In this document: positions 12,002-23,008 of the stretch, piece after piece | How the letters are laid out: each line of letters begins with the position of its first letter | How positions within the stretch are numbered: the first letter of the stretch is position 1 | Assembly (NCBI RefSeq): GCF_001194135.2 | Contig: NC_068986.1 | Span: forward strand, 102,903,706-102,939,024 | Length of the DNA: 35,319 nucleotides | Source of the DNA: Octopus bimaculoides | Lineage: Eukaryota | Direction: 5' to 3' | Made by a program: the position numbers and the translations under genes | Notes under the pieces: model-generated | The model's database searches: none | The model's input: the letters and a program-made list of their open reading frames with translations, nothing else | What the model was told of the DNA's origin: nothing

Positions 12002-12034
12002 CTCAATGATGTCGGTGACATATATTATAAGTCC
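12002..12034 (-). CDS. Putative 33-nt symmetric microexon, phase 0-0 (GLIIYVTDIIE)
   Basis: Acceptor tagttctatcag preceded by a T-run; donor GAG|GTAAGG. The other two frames contain stops. Confidence 0.7.
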
Positions 12035-12245
12035 CTGATAGAACTATATTCACACAAAAAAAAAAGTATACAACTATTTTATCATCGTCGAATTTGAGAA
12101 ACAAACACTCTTAACTTTTTTCTTTTAAAACTTCATTGCATGTGAGTGATACTATGAAATTCTTCGAATTCAGCTCTATCATTTAGACGTAATTAAAGTA
12201 GTTTGTTTTCAAAATGTTTTACCTTATATTCTCATGATATTTTAC

Positions 12246-12324
12246 CTCACAACTATTTTTTATAAATATTTGTTGCATGGGATCAAGACTATGAAATTCT
12301 TCATGCCTTCTTCTATCCTTGAAG
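12246..12324 (-). CDS. Putative 79-nt exon, phase 2 to 0 (FKDRRRHEEFHSLDPMQQIFIKNSCE)
   Basis: Acceptor atttatcttag; donor GAG|GTAAAA. Open in the phase-compatible frame. Confidence 0.7.
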
Positions 12325-13024
12325 CTAAGATAAATATATTTTGCTTTTCAAATATAAAAGTGATTTTGATCTAAATTTGATTGGAGGTGTTACGTTCTGT
12401 CCTATAATGTTGCTATTAATTTTAAGGTAATATTTTTTTCTAATGGACCAAATCTCACTTTGGTAATACCGAAATGTAGCTAGGGACCAGCCCTCTTCAC
12501 AAATGCTAACAGTTAAGAACTGAATTAGCGAGAAATCTCTGAAGATGCTCTGTGTGAGTAAATTGCGGCCTTAAAAATATTATTCAACTACTACCGTTGT
12601 TGAATGATGATGGACTTTCACGTCGATTTCGATATGTGATCGCCAAAATATTTCGACCAATTGCACATAATATGATCGATCAACTGCACATAATATGATT
12701 CAAGGTTCAGCAGAAAAATGCACCCTTAATAGAGTTCCCATGTTGCATTAGCGTCCCATAAGGGCAACATAGCTTGACACGTAAATTATAGTCAGAGCCC
12801 ATCCGATGGGCTTTGCACAATTTCTGCTAATCCACATTCACATGTAAGACATGGCTGTAGTAAATGTATTTATTAGATATATTTTCTACCATCAAATTCT
12901 TCTTAAACCTTCAACAATGGCCGTGTCTACGTATCTCTATATAAAACATATAGAAGTGAAATATCAACAAAATAAATGTAAAATTAGCCACTGATATTTT
13001 CTAGTGAGAATACTACCTTATTAC

Positions 13025-13051
13025 CTATATTTGACACAATCTCCTATGTTG
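13025..13051 (-). CDS. Putative 27-nt symmetric microexon, phase 2-2 (NIGDCVKY-S)
   Basis: Acceptor atttcttgtttgatgtag; donor AG|GTAATA. Confidence 0.65.
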   Translation of the reverse strand, partial: QHRRLCQI

Positions 13052-14671
13052 CTACATCAAACAAGAAATTAAGCAATTTATCATTTTTGTTATGTGACAG
13101 TATAGAGGGATTTGACTGCTACTTCTCGCAGGTCGGTCCCCGAGTAAAGAATCGATTGTGTAATTATACCCAACAATATAAAACCACAAGAGTGTAAATA
13201 AGTTTTCGTAGATTACATTAGCCGCAATTTTAATGTCCGTGCCGTGTCATTGACCATGTGGAAATATTCAGTTTTGTAATTTCAAAGGGGACATATTGTA
13301 TTATTTAATAACTTGCATTTGTGAAATCACTCATTTTCACCGCTGACGCCATAACTGAATTAAATTTTACTATCCATATGTCACACTTCATACTGTACAT
13401 GGTAAATGTTGTGATGCATCGCAATGGTGATAAGCTTACTTGCTATGTATTATGTGTATATATGTGCGTGTGTGTGTGTGTATATGTGTATGCGTTCGTG
13501 TGTGTGCGTGTGTTCGTGAGTGCTCGTGGATATATATATGTATAGATATGTATGAATCCATTTATATATATATATATATATATATATATNNNNNNNNNNN
13601 NNNNNNNNNNNNNNNNNNNNNNNNNNNNNNNNNNNNNNNNNNNNNNNNNNNNNNNNNNNNNNNNNNNNNNNNNNNNNNNNNNNNNNNNNNNNNNNNNNNN
13701 NNNNNNNNNNNNNNNNNNNNNNNNNNNNNNNNNNNNNNNNNNNNNNNNNNNNNNNNNNNNNNNNNNNNNNNNNNNNNNNNNNNNNNNNNNNNNNNNNNNN
13801 NNNNNNNTATATATATATATATGTATAATTAATATATATATGCATATATACATACGTATATGTACATACGTACATCTATACGTATATATATATATATATA
13901 TATATACATACATATGTATAATATAATGTAATATATATGAGCGGACATATGTATATATATATATATATACATGTAATATATAATGTATGTATGTTTGTGC
14001 GTATACGTGTATGTATGAATATATACGTGGGGGTGCTACATATACAAAGACACGCAAAATCATATGCATTCATACGAAAACAAACGCTCATATGCAAACA
14101 GAGATGCGCACATCACACACATAGGAATGTATAGATATATGGCTAAGATAAATATGTGTCGTTCGCAAGTATCCAACCGAGCTAATCTGGAACATAATGT
14201 CAGGAAAGTGCCCAACAGCTGGAGTAAAACAATAATATTACTTAGAGATGGTTGGTTACGAGGCAATGTTGATAAATAACCGAACAACTGAACGAAACGT
14301 CATTTTCAATTTACTAATAAGTTTGATTGTAACATAAACAGTTGCCCAGAGAGCAATTAGAGACGCCTACCATTTTGTATGGATTTCATTACATATCTTC
14401 AAATTGGATAACAGGTTTTTCAATGGAAATTGTTTCGAAACATATATATACAGTGTCACACACACAAATACATCCACACATACACACACGTACACACGCA
14501 TACACACGCATACACATGCATACACTCACGCACGCACGTGCATGTACACAGACATACATATACCCACATACACACGTATACAAAGAGATAGATAGATAGA
14601 AAGTTATATAGATAGAGAGATACATGGATAGACAGAAAAACAGATAGATAGAAAGATAGATAGATAGATAA

Positions 14672-14856
14672 CTTTCTTTTATTAGCCACACAGGGCTGCA
14701 CACAGAGGGGACAAATACAACTGTAGAGCTTTTCTTTAAAAAAAAAATAATAATAATTTTTTTTTTCTAAATTAAAAAAAAATATAAAAAAACAAATCAG
14801 GTCAAAAGGGATCGGTAGGGGCAAAAAAAGGGGTATCGTATATCACAGAAAATGTC
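14672..14856 (-). mobile_element. 3' end of a 5'-truncated retroelement embedded in (GATA)n
   Basis: About 185 bp of unique sequence ending ...gtggctaataaaagaaa on the minus strand, with (GATA)n on both sides (14585-14670 and 14857-15092). Confidence 0.55.
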
Positions 14857-14918
<62 letters not shown>

Positions 14919-14956
14919 CCAAACAGACAGACAGAGAGACAGACAGATAGACACAC

Positions 14957-15005
<49 letters not shown>

Positions 15006-15029
15006 TGGATAGATAGATAGCTAGATATG

Positions 15030-15092
<63 letters not shown>
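14857..15092. repeat. (GATA)n/(GACA)n microsatellite
   Basis: Direct inspection. Confidence 0.95.
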
Positions 15093-15353
15093 TTACAGTA
15101 AAAAAAAGTAGCCAATACTGAGAGACAACACTTAGCATTTCGAGGAGAAATGGTGACTAACCACTTCAGCTATTTGATTGCCAACGGTATTCAGAATAGC
15201 AGGATCTACATAAACTCACAGGACGATAATCAAGGCGCCTGATATAAGAAGCTCTCTGTGTTCGTTTCACTGTTATGCTAACATTTCAAGTAAAGTGCAA
15301 CGCCCGTAAGTTCTTATATATATACATATATGTAAAAAAGCATTTCCTCTTAC

Positions 15354-15384
15354 GATGTGAGGTTCTCCAGTGTATGTTTAAATC
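15354..15384 (-). CDS. Putative 31-nt microexon, phase 1 to 2 (FKHTLENLT-S)
   Basis: Acceptor tttttcgattatctaaaag; donor C|GTAAGA. Phase-compatible on both sides. Confidence 0.65.
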
Positions 15385-16380
15385 CTTTTAGATAATCGAA
15401 AAACATGAAACGTTAACATATGACATGTCACATACATATATATGTCCTAAAAGTGTGTATGTGTATATGCATTTGTGTATACGTACACGTCTATGTATGT
15501 ATGTATACGTAAGTAATAAATGTGTGTCTGTATATATAAGTATATATAAATGTGTATACATTGTGCAAATAAATCGGTTATAGAACAGAATAGTGATAGA
15601 CTTAAATTTATGAATTTACAAAATTTAAGTTAGAATATTTACTTATTTATGATTAAGTTCGCTCTTACAAAGTGTCATCGTAAAGATTTATGAATTATAA
15701 ATATATTCATTTGATATTTTTCGTCAAATATTTAAGTAGAGATGTCTATCTGATAAATCATCATTACATATTTAAACAGATTTAATTATTCTTGAAAATC
15801 CTTGTTTTATTAATGAAGCGGAAACAGCTGTAATTTATGAGACGTGTCATTTGTTTGTATAAAATATTTAAATTGCACTGAATTTATAAACGTTCAATTT
15901 ATTGTTTTGTTTTCCATTTCTGATGTATATATATAATTACATACATTCTAAATGACTCATACAGAAGACGGACATTGTTTCGGTATACCTCTGCTTTGTT
16001 CTCTAGTGGGTGGTGAGCGATATAATGATACTTAATGCACCGTAGATTGCAGAATAAACTTCATCAGGTCACATAATAGGCTTAAAATTATAACATTTAC
16101 ATTTCGCTCATAACTGGATGAGGTTGGTAGTATGGGTTTGTCGGTATTATTTCCACACATATAGATGAAGCAGGATAAGTGTGTTTCAAACGTTAATGAA
16201 GTAGGATAGTGTGCTTCGATCTTATACGGTGCTTTCGACTTCATTTTACCAATCCCCAACCACTAGGGAGCAGTAATATAAGACGTACTCAACGTACACC
16301 GAGGAATTCCTTATGTAGCTCCAGCATGGAAAGTGCAATACTGTGGATGACACCTCATTCGCGATAAGCAGTGAACGTAC

Positions 16381-16407
16381 CCTTCAGACCACAACTATGG
16401 AGATACC
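16381..16407 (-). CDS. Putative 27-nt symmetric microexon, phase 1-1 (YLHSCGLK-G). An alternative acceptor at 16426-27 gives 45 nt with the extra residues VTKPCL.
   Basis: Acceptor ccttgtttag; donor GG|GTACGT. Only one frame is open and it matches the neighbouring exons. Confidence 0.6.
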
Positions 16408-16470
16408 CTAAACAAGGTTTGGTTACTGTATTTTAAAATCTTTTATCTAAACTTTAATTCTAGATTTAAA

Positions 16471-16516
<46 letters not shown>

Positions 16517-16633
16517 ACTTGGGGATGGTCATATTGCCAGTTTAGCCAATAAAAACACACGCACTGTATATTTGGTGTTAATTTTTTTTTTTTCAGCTTT
16601 ATATTACATTAATCTTAATCTTAATCTTATTTC

Positions 16634-16678
16634 GGCCAGAGTTCTTTCGTCACACTTCTGTGACCTCATCAGTGGTCC
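16634..16678 (-). ncRNA. Minimal type I hammerhead ribozyme motif
   Basis: Minus-strand RNA reads GGACCA CUGAUGA G GUCAC-AGAAGU-GUGAC GAAA GAAC UC UGGCC: intact core boxes, perfect 5-bp stem II, stem I CCA/UGG plus GG/CC, 2-bp stem III, CUC triplet. Followed by (AAGAUU)3. Confidence 0.7.
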
Positions 16679-17298
16679 TTTGTTTCCTTCTTTCTTATGT
16701 GTGTCTCACCTTGCTAACTATCAGCCATATANNNNNNNNNNNNNNNNNNNNNNNNNNNNNNNNNNNNNNNNNNNNNNNNNNNNNNNNNNNNNNNNNNNNN
16801 NNNNNNNNNNNNNNNNNNNNNNNNNNNNNNNNNNNNNNNNNNNNNNNNNNNNNNNNNNNNNNNNNNNNNNNNNNNNNNNNNNNNNNNNNNNNNNNNNNNN
16901 NNNNNNNNNNNNNNNNNNNNNNNNNNNNNNNNNNNNNNNNNNNNNNNNNNNNNNNNNNNNNNNNNNNNNNNNNNNNNNNNNNNNNNNNNNNNNNNNNNNN
17001 NNNNNNNNNNNNNNNNNNNNNNNNNNNNNNNNNNNNNNNNNNNNNNNNNNNNNNNNNNNNNNNNNNNNNNNNNNNNNNNNNNNNNNNNNNNNNNNNNNNN
17101 NNNNNNNNNNNNNNNNNNNNNNNNNNNNNNNNNNNNNNNNNNNNNNNNNNNNNNNNNNNNNNNNNNNNNNNNNNNNNNNNNNNNNNNNNNNNNNNNNNNN
17201 NNNNNNNNNNNNNNNNNNNNNNNNNNNNNNNNNNNNNNNNNNNNNNNNNNNNNNNNNNNNNNNNNNNNNNNNNNNNNNNNNNNNNNNNNNNNNNNNNN

Positions 17299-17363
<65 letters not shown>
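17299..17363. repeat. (GT)n microsatellite at a gap edge
   Basis: Direct inspection. Confidence 0.95.
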
Positions 17364-17364
<1 letters not shown>

Positions 17365-19033
17365 TTGTAAGTATTTTTGCATGCATACAGAATTACGATA
17401 CTACATTTTTTTAAGGAGAACCTAATGCTTTATCTTTCAAAATAGTTATTGGGTTTCGAAGATTGCTATTTTCAAACTCTTCATTTGTTTGAGAGTAAAC
17501 AAAAGACTTGACGATGACGAATGGAATGCTATTAATAATTATACTGTTTGATAAGGAATAAACTGAGTCGAGAAAACGAATTATTATGCATTTACTTGAT
17601 TTTGTATGTCTTAAAATTATATTTTTATTTCATTTGCATACTACATACCGATAGTACCAAATATCGCCGTGATAATTTTTGCGATAATAGTGTTTAAAAT
17701 AGTGATGTTTGAAACCTTGTCCGAATATTTGGAAAACCAAAGGAGTGATGTTTATAAAACGTGTTATGATCTAAGTTTACAATTGTATGAAATTTATTTG
17801 TAATTATTGTGAACCCGTACAGTTTCTTTTTAGGCAATGTCACTTAAGGTTTGGACCGATCTGATGGTGCACTTGCAAGGATTTTCCAGAAGTAGCATGT
17901 AGTTGAAGGGAATTGTAACTGATTGCGAAAGGATATTTTCAACCGCACATTAACGGCACCGGATAAACATTTTCCCAAATGTAATTCGTAGATACAAGCA
18001 GGCATTCAAAAGAATTATTACTCTTGAAGCAAACCATAACATCAATTCACGGTAAATAATATAATTTACAAAGTATCAATGACAGTATGCTGGGAAAGTA
18101 TATTGAACCCTAATAGAATAAGTCAGCCTTCATTCACACCCTGAAAAAATATCAGTGCAAAGAAAAAGAAATATCCAATGGAAATTGCGAAAGAAAAAAA
18201 GAATATGCATAACATGGTTATGCCAAACTGAAAGGGAACCTTCTAATGTAGCTGAGAAAAAAGTTGTATGATGCATTAAGAAAATTGAATAGAAGGAAAA
18301 GAAAGTAACTTCGGAAGGAGAACAGAAATTATAATATGATCGCGGCAGAGATGTTAAATAGAATACTTTGGAAAACGTGAATCGTTTGTTTGTTCCATAG
18401 GCATCCCTAGTTGTAATAAATATTAAACACTTCTAACGAGACATCCATAGAAAGGGCGTAACATACACAAACAGCAATATAAATCAAATGGTATTGGCAA
18501 CGAATGCGAAAGCAAAATGTAAAAGATAAAGCTGTACAACGGATGCAAATGAAGAGAATAAAGAAATACAGAATAGGGCAAAAATAAATCAAAAACAAAA
18601 AACAACAGAGGAATATGCGTGGAATAATTAGATGGAAATTTTCGTACGAAGGAAAAGAGAGTTGGCAGCAGTAAAGACTGTGAAGATGGGGTTTACGATG
18701 TCTTGTTTAAAAACAATGTACACACCGATATAGCATCGACGTTATACAATAAATATATGATGCGACGGAGTTTAATACTTCTTTTCTTACTAAATGTAGA
18801 TAACGATACTAATACTCAACGTTCAAATGCCAGGAAAATCAACAAGTACACAGAGTAATATCATTAACCCCAAACGGCATTGTTTTTTTGTTTTTTAATT
18901 TCATGCCAAAAACAGTTTACTTATCACGAAGAAAATATATTCTATCCTAACTATTGCAGGGTTTGTGGAAATTCATATGCATACATACATACATGCACAA
19001 ATATTTGTATACATATTTACATATACACACACG

Positions 19034-19073
<40 letters not shown>

Positions 19074-19245
19074 GCTGGCTAAAATGTAAGCAACGTATTT
19101 AGATGGCAAGAACTTGTGGTGATAATAGATTCTATATTTGATGTAGATGAATAGGATCATTTCAAAGTGGATCTGTCGCTGTCTCTCACACACACGCACA
19201 CACTCACACATACATACACACACATGCACGCATACACGCACGCGC

Positions 19246-19288
<43 letters not shown>

Positions 19289-19379
19289 ATGTATATATAT
19301 AAACACATAGGACTACTTTCTATGTCTCTCTACGAAATCCACTCCGAAGGTTTTAATAGAATTAGAGGCATTATATTAC

Positions 19380-19397
19380 CAAAATATGGTGAAGAGG
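19380..19397 (-). CDS. Putative 18-nt symmetric microexon, phase 1-1 (A-SSPYF-G)
   Basis: Acceptor tgttttatcgcag; donor TG|GTAATA. Open in all frames; phase 1-1 fits the chain. Confidence 0.5.
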
Positions 19398-19579
19398 CTG
19401 CGATAAAACATTCGTCTCTATACTACAATGTGGTTACTTCTAATATTCCTTCATCTAATATAATTTGCCTACTATGTTTGATACCAACAATCACCAAATA
19501 TCAGAGTCTTCGATTGACCATATGTACAAAAAGCCCATATCAAATTTGAACACAACGGTTGGAGAATGTCAAACCTACA

Positions 19580-20140
19580 TATTAGGTTGTTAAGAATGAA
19601 ATCTCCGATTTTGAACTGAAACTTTATTTTACTTTATCTGAACAAAAGCAATGCAGTTAATCAAATTATACACCTAAATTATCAACAAAATTTTGCCATT
19701 TTATCGGTAGCTTAATTACGCCGGCAGCGAAAAATTCTGGAGAGCAAGAGGTGATGAAATAAGATATGAATATTTTTTTTCTTTGCCAAAACTTGTCTAA
19801 TGCCTGGAACACTTGTTAGTTAGTTGGTGCAAGTTCTGGTGAGTATGGCTGATGAGAGAGTACTTCTAAGATCAGTTCCTGTAACTTGAGTAGCTTCTTT
19901 GCGCAACATATGGTCGAGCATTTTCTTGCAAGAGAATTGGCCTGTCTCATTTGACCAATCTCGGTTGTGTAACTGCTCGTTCACTCATCATTTCATTCAA
20001 TCGGTTAGTGTATACATCCGCTGTAATTGACTTACCAGGTCCCATGAAACTGTAGTGGATGACATCAGCGATGGACCACTAGACAGACACCGTTAGATTT
20101 TTTGGTGAATATTCTGTTTTGGTGAATATTCAGTTTAAAG
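19580..20140 (-). mobile_element. Mariner (DD34D-type) 3' half with terminal inverted repeat
   Basis: LNIHQ, LTVSV*WS, VIHYSFMGPGKSITADVY, RPILLQENARP, AGVIKLPIKWQ..VDNLGV.FD*. End reads TA-ttaggttgttaagaatgaaatctccgattt at 19580. Confidence 0.85.
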
Positions 20141-20545
20141 GTGTTTACTGATGAAGTTTAGTTTCACTTACGTGGCAAACTGAATAGGCATAATTTGAAA
20201 CTTTGCAGTACGGAAAATCCGCACGCCATACTGGTATGTGAATGTGTTTCTCAGAAGGTAACCGTTTTCTGCGCCGTTACAAAGAGAATAGCGTTTGTGT
20301 CTTTATCCTCCACGGAATTCACCATTATAGGGTGCGCCTAGCATTACATGCTGTCTATTTGGTCGTTGCCCCAGTTGGAAGATGTGTACCTGGCTTCATT
20401 ATGCAGCAAGACGGGCCTGGCCATAGTGACATAGACAAGTGCGCGATTACCTCAGGCAGCATCATTTACAACGATGAATTGGCGGTGTTGGGATGAATGA
20501 TTTGCCATTGATTGTCTACCCACACTAAACTCGTTTCAGCCCCAC
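20140..20545 (+). mobile_element. Tc1/mariner-superfamily transposase catalytic fragment (different family)
   Basis: VFTDE..FHLRGKLNRHN..TENPH, KVTVFCA, WSLPQLE, FIMQQDG, VRDYL..R*IG. Confidence 0.75.
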
Positions 20546-20552
20546 CCTCTAC

Positions 20553-20580
20553 CGTCTTGCAACTTTATCTTTAATAGTGT
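20553..20580 (-). CDS. Putative 28-nt microexon, phase 0 to 1 (TLLKIKLQD)
   Basis: Strong acceptor tactctcctcttcag; moderate donor CG|GTAGAG. Links the initiator exon in frame to the 18-nt exon. Confidence 0.45.
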
Positions 20581-20727
20581 CTGAAGAGGAGAGTATTTAT
20601 ACTTTCACTTCAGAGGATATATATGTATATATATATATATGGATGTATGTATATATATATATGTATGTATATATGAGCGAGTGGACAAAAGAAAGAAAGG
20701 GCCCTCAACACATTTACTGGGAATTAC

Positions 20728-20809
20728 ATGTATTATTCAAAACAGTTTGAGTCGAATTCATAACTTGAAGTAGCTAGTAATCCGAATCAAACTGTTTCGA
20801 ATAATACAT
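20728..20809. repeat. 82-nt inverted repeat / hairpin (31-bp arms, 20-nt loop)
   Basis: atgtattattcaaaacagtttgagtcgaatt (20728-58) matches the reverse complement of 20779-20809 at 28/31 positions. Confidence 0.85.
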
Positions 20810-20842
20810 ACATACATACATGCATACATATATATAGATTAC

Positions 20843-20920
20843 CACAGTTGTAGATATGTTACAGGCCACCTTCATCTCGACAACCCGAGGACATAGCTCA
20901 TTGTATTCCATGGCTGCCAT
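20843..20920 (-). CDS. Putative initiator coding exon of an unidentified minus-strand microexon-rich gene (MAAMEYNELCPRVVEMKVACNISTTV)
   Basis: ATG at 20920 in AAAATGG context with an in-frame upstream TAA. Acceptor (aacag) at 20931-32. Donor GTG|GTAATC at 20842. 78 nt, ends in phase 0. Confidence 0.5.
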
Positions 20921-21389
20921 TTTGCTTTATCTGTTTTGACAATGGCATGTCTGTTGTATTTGTGACAGTTTGCATTTCGTTTTCTATTTAAGCCGTTGCG
21001 TGAAGCATCAGAAATCAATATGAATCAATTGTAATGTATAACACGTTTGAGTCATTACATGACAATTTGACTTTAGTGACCCAAATCATAATAATATCAC
21101 GCTGTGATTGCTTCTACTTCATAATTAAATTCATTTACAAATGTCCTGGATTAACAGAATCAGTTAAGTGTCAGACACAGTTCACTGCGGTATTTCTTCG
21201 GGGTTTTACATTCTAAAGTGTTTGCCTCCTCAGTGCAGATCCTACAGGAACAACTTTAATTTTCGTCCCTCTGAGTTTGATGCAATAAAGTGCAGGGACT
21301 TGTATTTCATTTATTAGCAAACGTTAAATATGGATGATGTTCATCAGACACCTTGGATTTGACATTTTGTCTTTTGGGCGCAAACTCAC

Positions 21390-21470
21390 CGACGTGATGT
21401 TAGTTTTAATTATTTCGAGTTTGATAATATAAAGAAGAAGTGCGATAAAAAAAAAAGTTCTCATCCCACT
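21390..21470 (-). other. Possible non-coding first exon / TSS region of the minus-strand gene (5' boundary undefined)
   Basis: Consensus donor CG|GTGAGT at 21389 with no convincing acceptor nearby. Lies directly downstream (minus sense) of a (GA)n tract at 21477-21564. Confidence 0.35.
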
Positions 21471-21476
21471 CTCTCC

Positions 21477-21515
21477 CTATCTCTCTCTCTCTCTCTCTCC
21501 TTCTCTCTCTCTCTT

Positions 21516-21564
<49 letters not shown>
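21477..21564. repeat. (CT)n microsatellite at a gap edge
   Basis: Direct inspection. Confidence 0.95.
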
Positions 21565-22329
21565 NNNNNNNNNNNNNNNNNNNNNNNNNNNNNNNNNNNN
21601 NNNNNNNNNNNNNNNNNNNNNNNNNNNNNNNNNNNNNNNNNNNNNNNNNNNNNNNNNNNNNNNNNNNNNNNNNNNNNNNNNNNNNNNNNNNNNNNNNNNN
21701 NNNNNNNNNNNNNNNNNNNNNNNNNNNNNNNNNNNNNNNNNNNNNNNNNNNNNNNNNNNNNNNNNNNNNNNNNNNNNNNNNNNNNNNNNNNNNNNNNNNN
21801 NNNNNNNNNNNNNNNNNNNNNNNNNNNNNNNNNNNNNNNNNNNNNNNNNNNNNNNNNNNNNNNNNNNNNNNNNNNNNNNNNNNNNNNNNNNNNNNNNNNN
21901 NNNNNNNNNNNNNNNNNNNNNNNNNNNNNNNNNNNNNNNNNNNNNNNNNNNNNNNNNNNNNNNNNNNNNNNNNNNNNNNNNNNNNNNNNNNNNNNNNNNN
22001 NNNNNNNNNNNNNNNNNNNNNNNNNNNNNNNNNNNNNNNNNNNNNNNNNNNNNNNNNNNNNNNNNNNNNNNNNNNNNNNNNNNNNNNNNNNNNNNNNNNN
22101 NNNNNNNNNNNNNNNNNNNNNNNNNNNNNNNNNNNNNNNNNNNNNNNNNNNNNNNNNNNNNNNNNNNNNNNNNNNNNNNNNNNNNNNNNNNNNNNNNNNN
22201 NNNNNNNNNNNNNNNNNNNNNNNNNNNNNNNNNNNNNNNNNNNNNNNNNNNNNNNNNNNNNNNNNNNNNNNNNNNNNNNNNNNNNNNNNNNNNNNNNNNN
22301 NNNNNNNNNNNNNNNNNNNNNNNNNNNNN

Positions 22330-22363
<34 letters not shown>

Positions 22364-22422
22364 TATATATATATATTATTTATTTAATAATGTTTCTTTC
22401 TTTAATATTTATGTATTTATAC

Positions 22423-22640
22423 AGGCGGCGAGCTGGCAGAAAAGTTAGCGCACCGGGCGAAATGCTTAGCAGTATTTCGTCTGTCTTTAGGTTCTGAGTT
22501 CAAATTCCGCCGAGGTCGACTTTACTTTTCATTCTTTGGGAGTCGATAAATTAAGTACTATTTGCGTACTGGGGATGATCTAAACGACTGGCCCCTTCCC
22601 CCAAAATGTCGTGCCTTGTATCTAGATTAGAAAGGAATAT
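22423..22640 (+). mobile_element. tRNA-derived SINE, family A
   Basis: Head aggcggcgagctggcaga, box-B-like gagttcaaattcc. Homologous to the copies at 26135 and 30906. Confidence 0.85.
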
Positions 22641-22676
22641 TTATATATTTATTTAATGTATGTATTTCATTTGTAA

Positions 22677-23008
22677 AGGCGCATGGATTAGTAGTTAGAG
22701 CGTCGAACTTACGATCGTGAGGTTTTCAGTTCGAATCCCGGACCGGACTGCGTGTTGTGTTCTTAAGCAAGACACTTTATTTCACGTTGCTCCAGTTCAC
22801 TCAGCTGTAGAAATGAGTTGCGACGTCACTGGTGCCAAGCAGTATCGGCCTTTGCCTTTCCCTTGGATAACATCAATGGTGTGGAGAGGGGAGGCCGGTA
22901 TGCATGGACGACTGCTGGTCTTCCATAAACAACCTTGCCCGGACTTGTGCCTCGGAGGGTACCTTTCTAGGTGCAAACCCATGGTCAGTCATCACTGAAA
23001 GGGTGTCT
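22677..23008 (+). mobile_element. tRNA-derived SINE, family B, with a CORE-like central block
   Basis: A/B-box-like head (gttcgaatccc), then tgtgttcttaagcaagacacttt...ctgtagaaatgagt. Second copy at 31575. Confidence 0.8.

Noticed and set aside
12796-12812. Near-palindrome agcccatccgatgggct, and a 15-nt tandem duplication at 12661-12700
   Set aside because: Too short and isolated to interpret.
18180-18700. Purine-rich, decayed-coding-like plus-strand stretch
   Set aside because: Multiple stops and no identifiable motif.
20171-20230. Perfect CAC|GTAAGT donor on the minus strand
   Set aside because: It lies inside the plus-strand Tc1-like transposase fragment and is probably cryptic.
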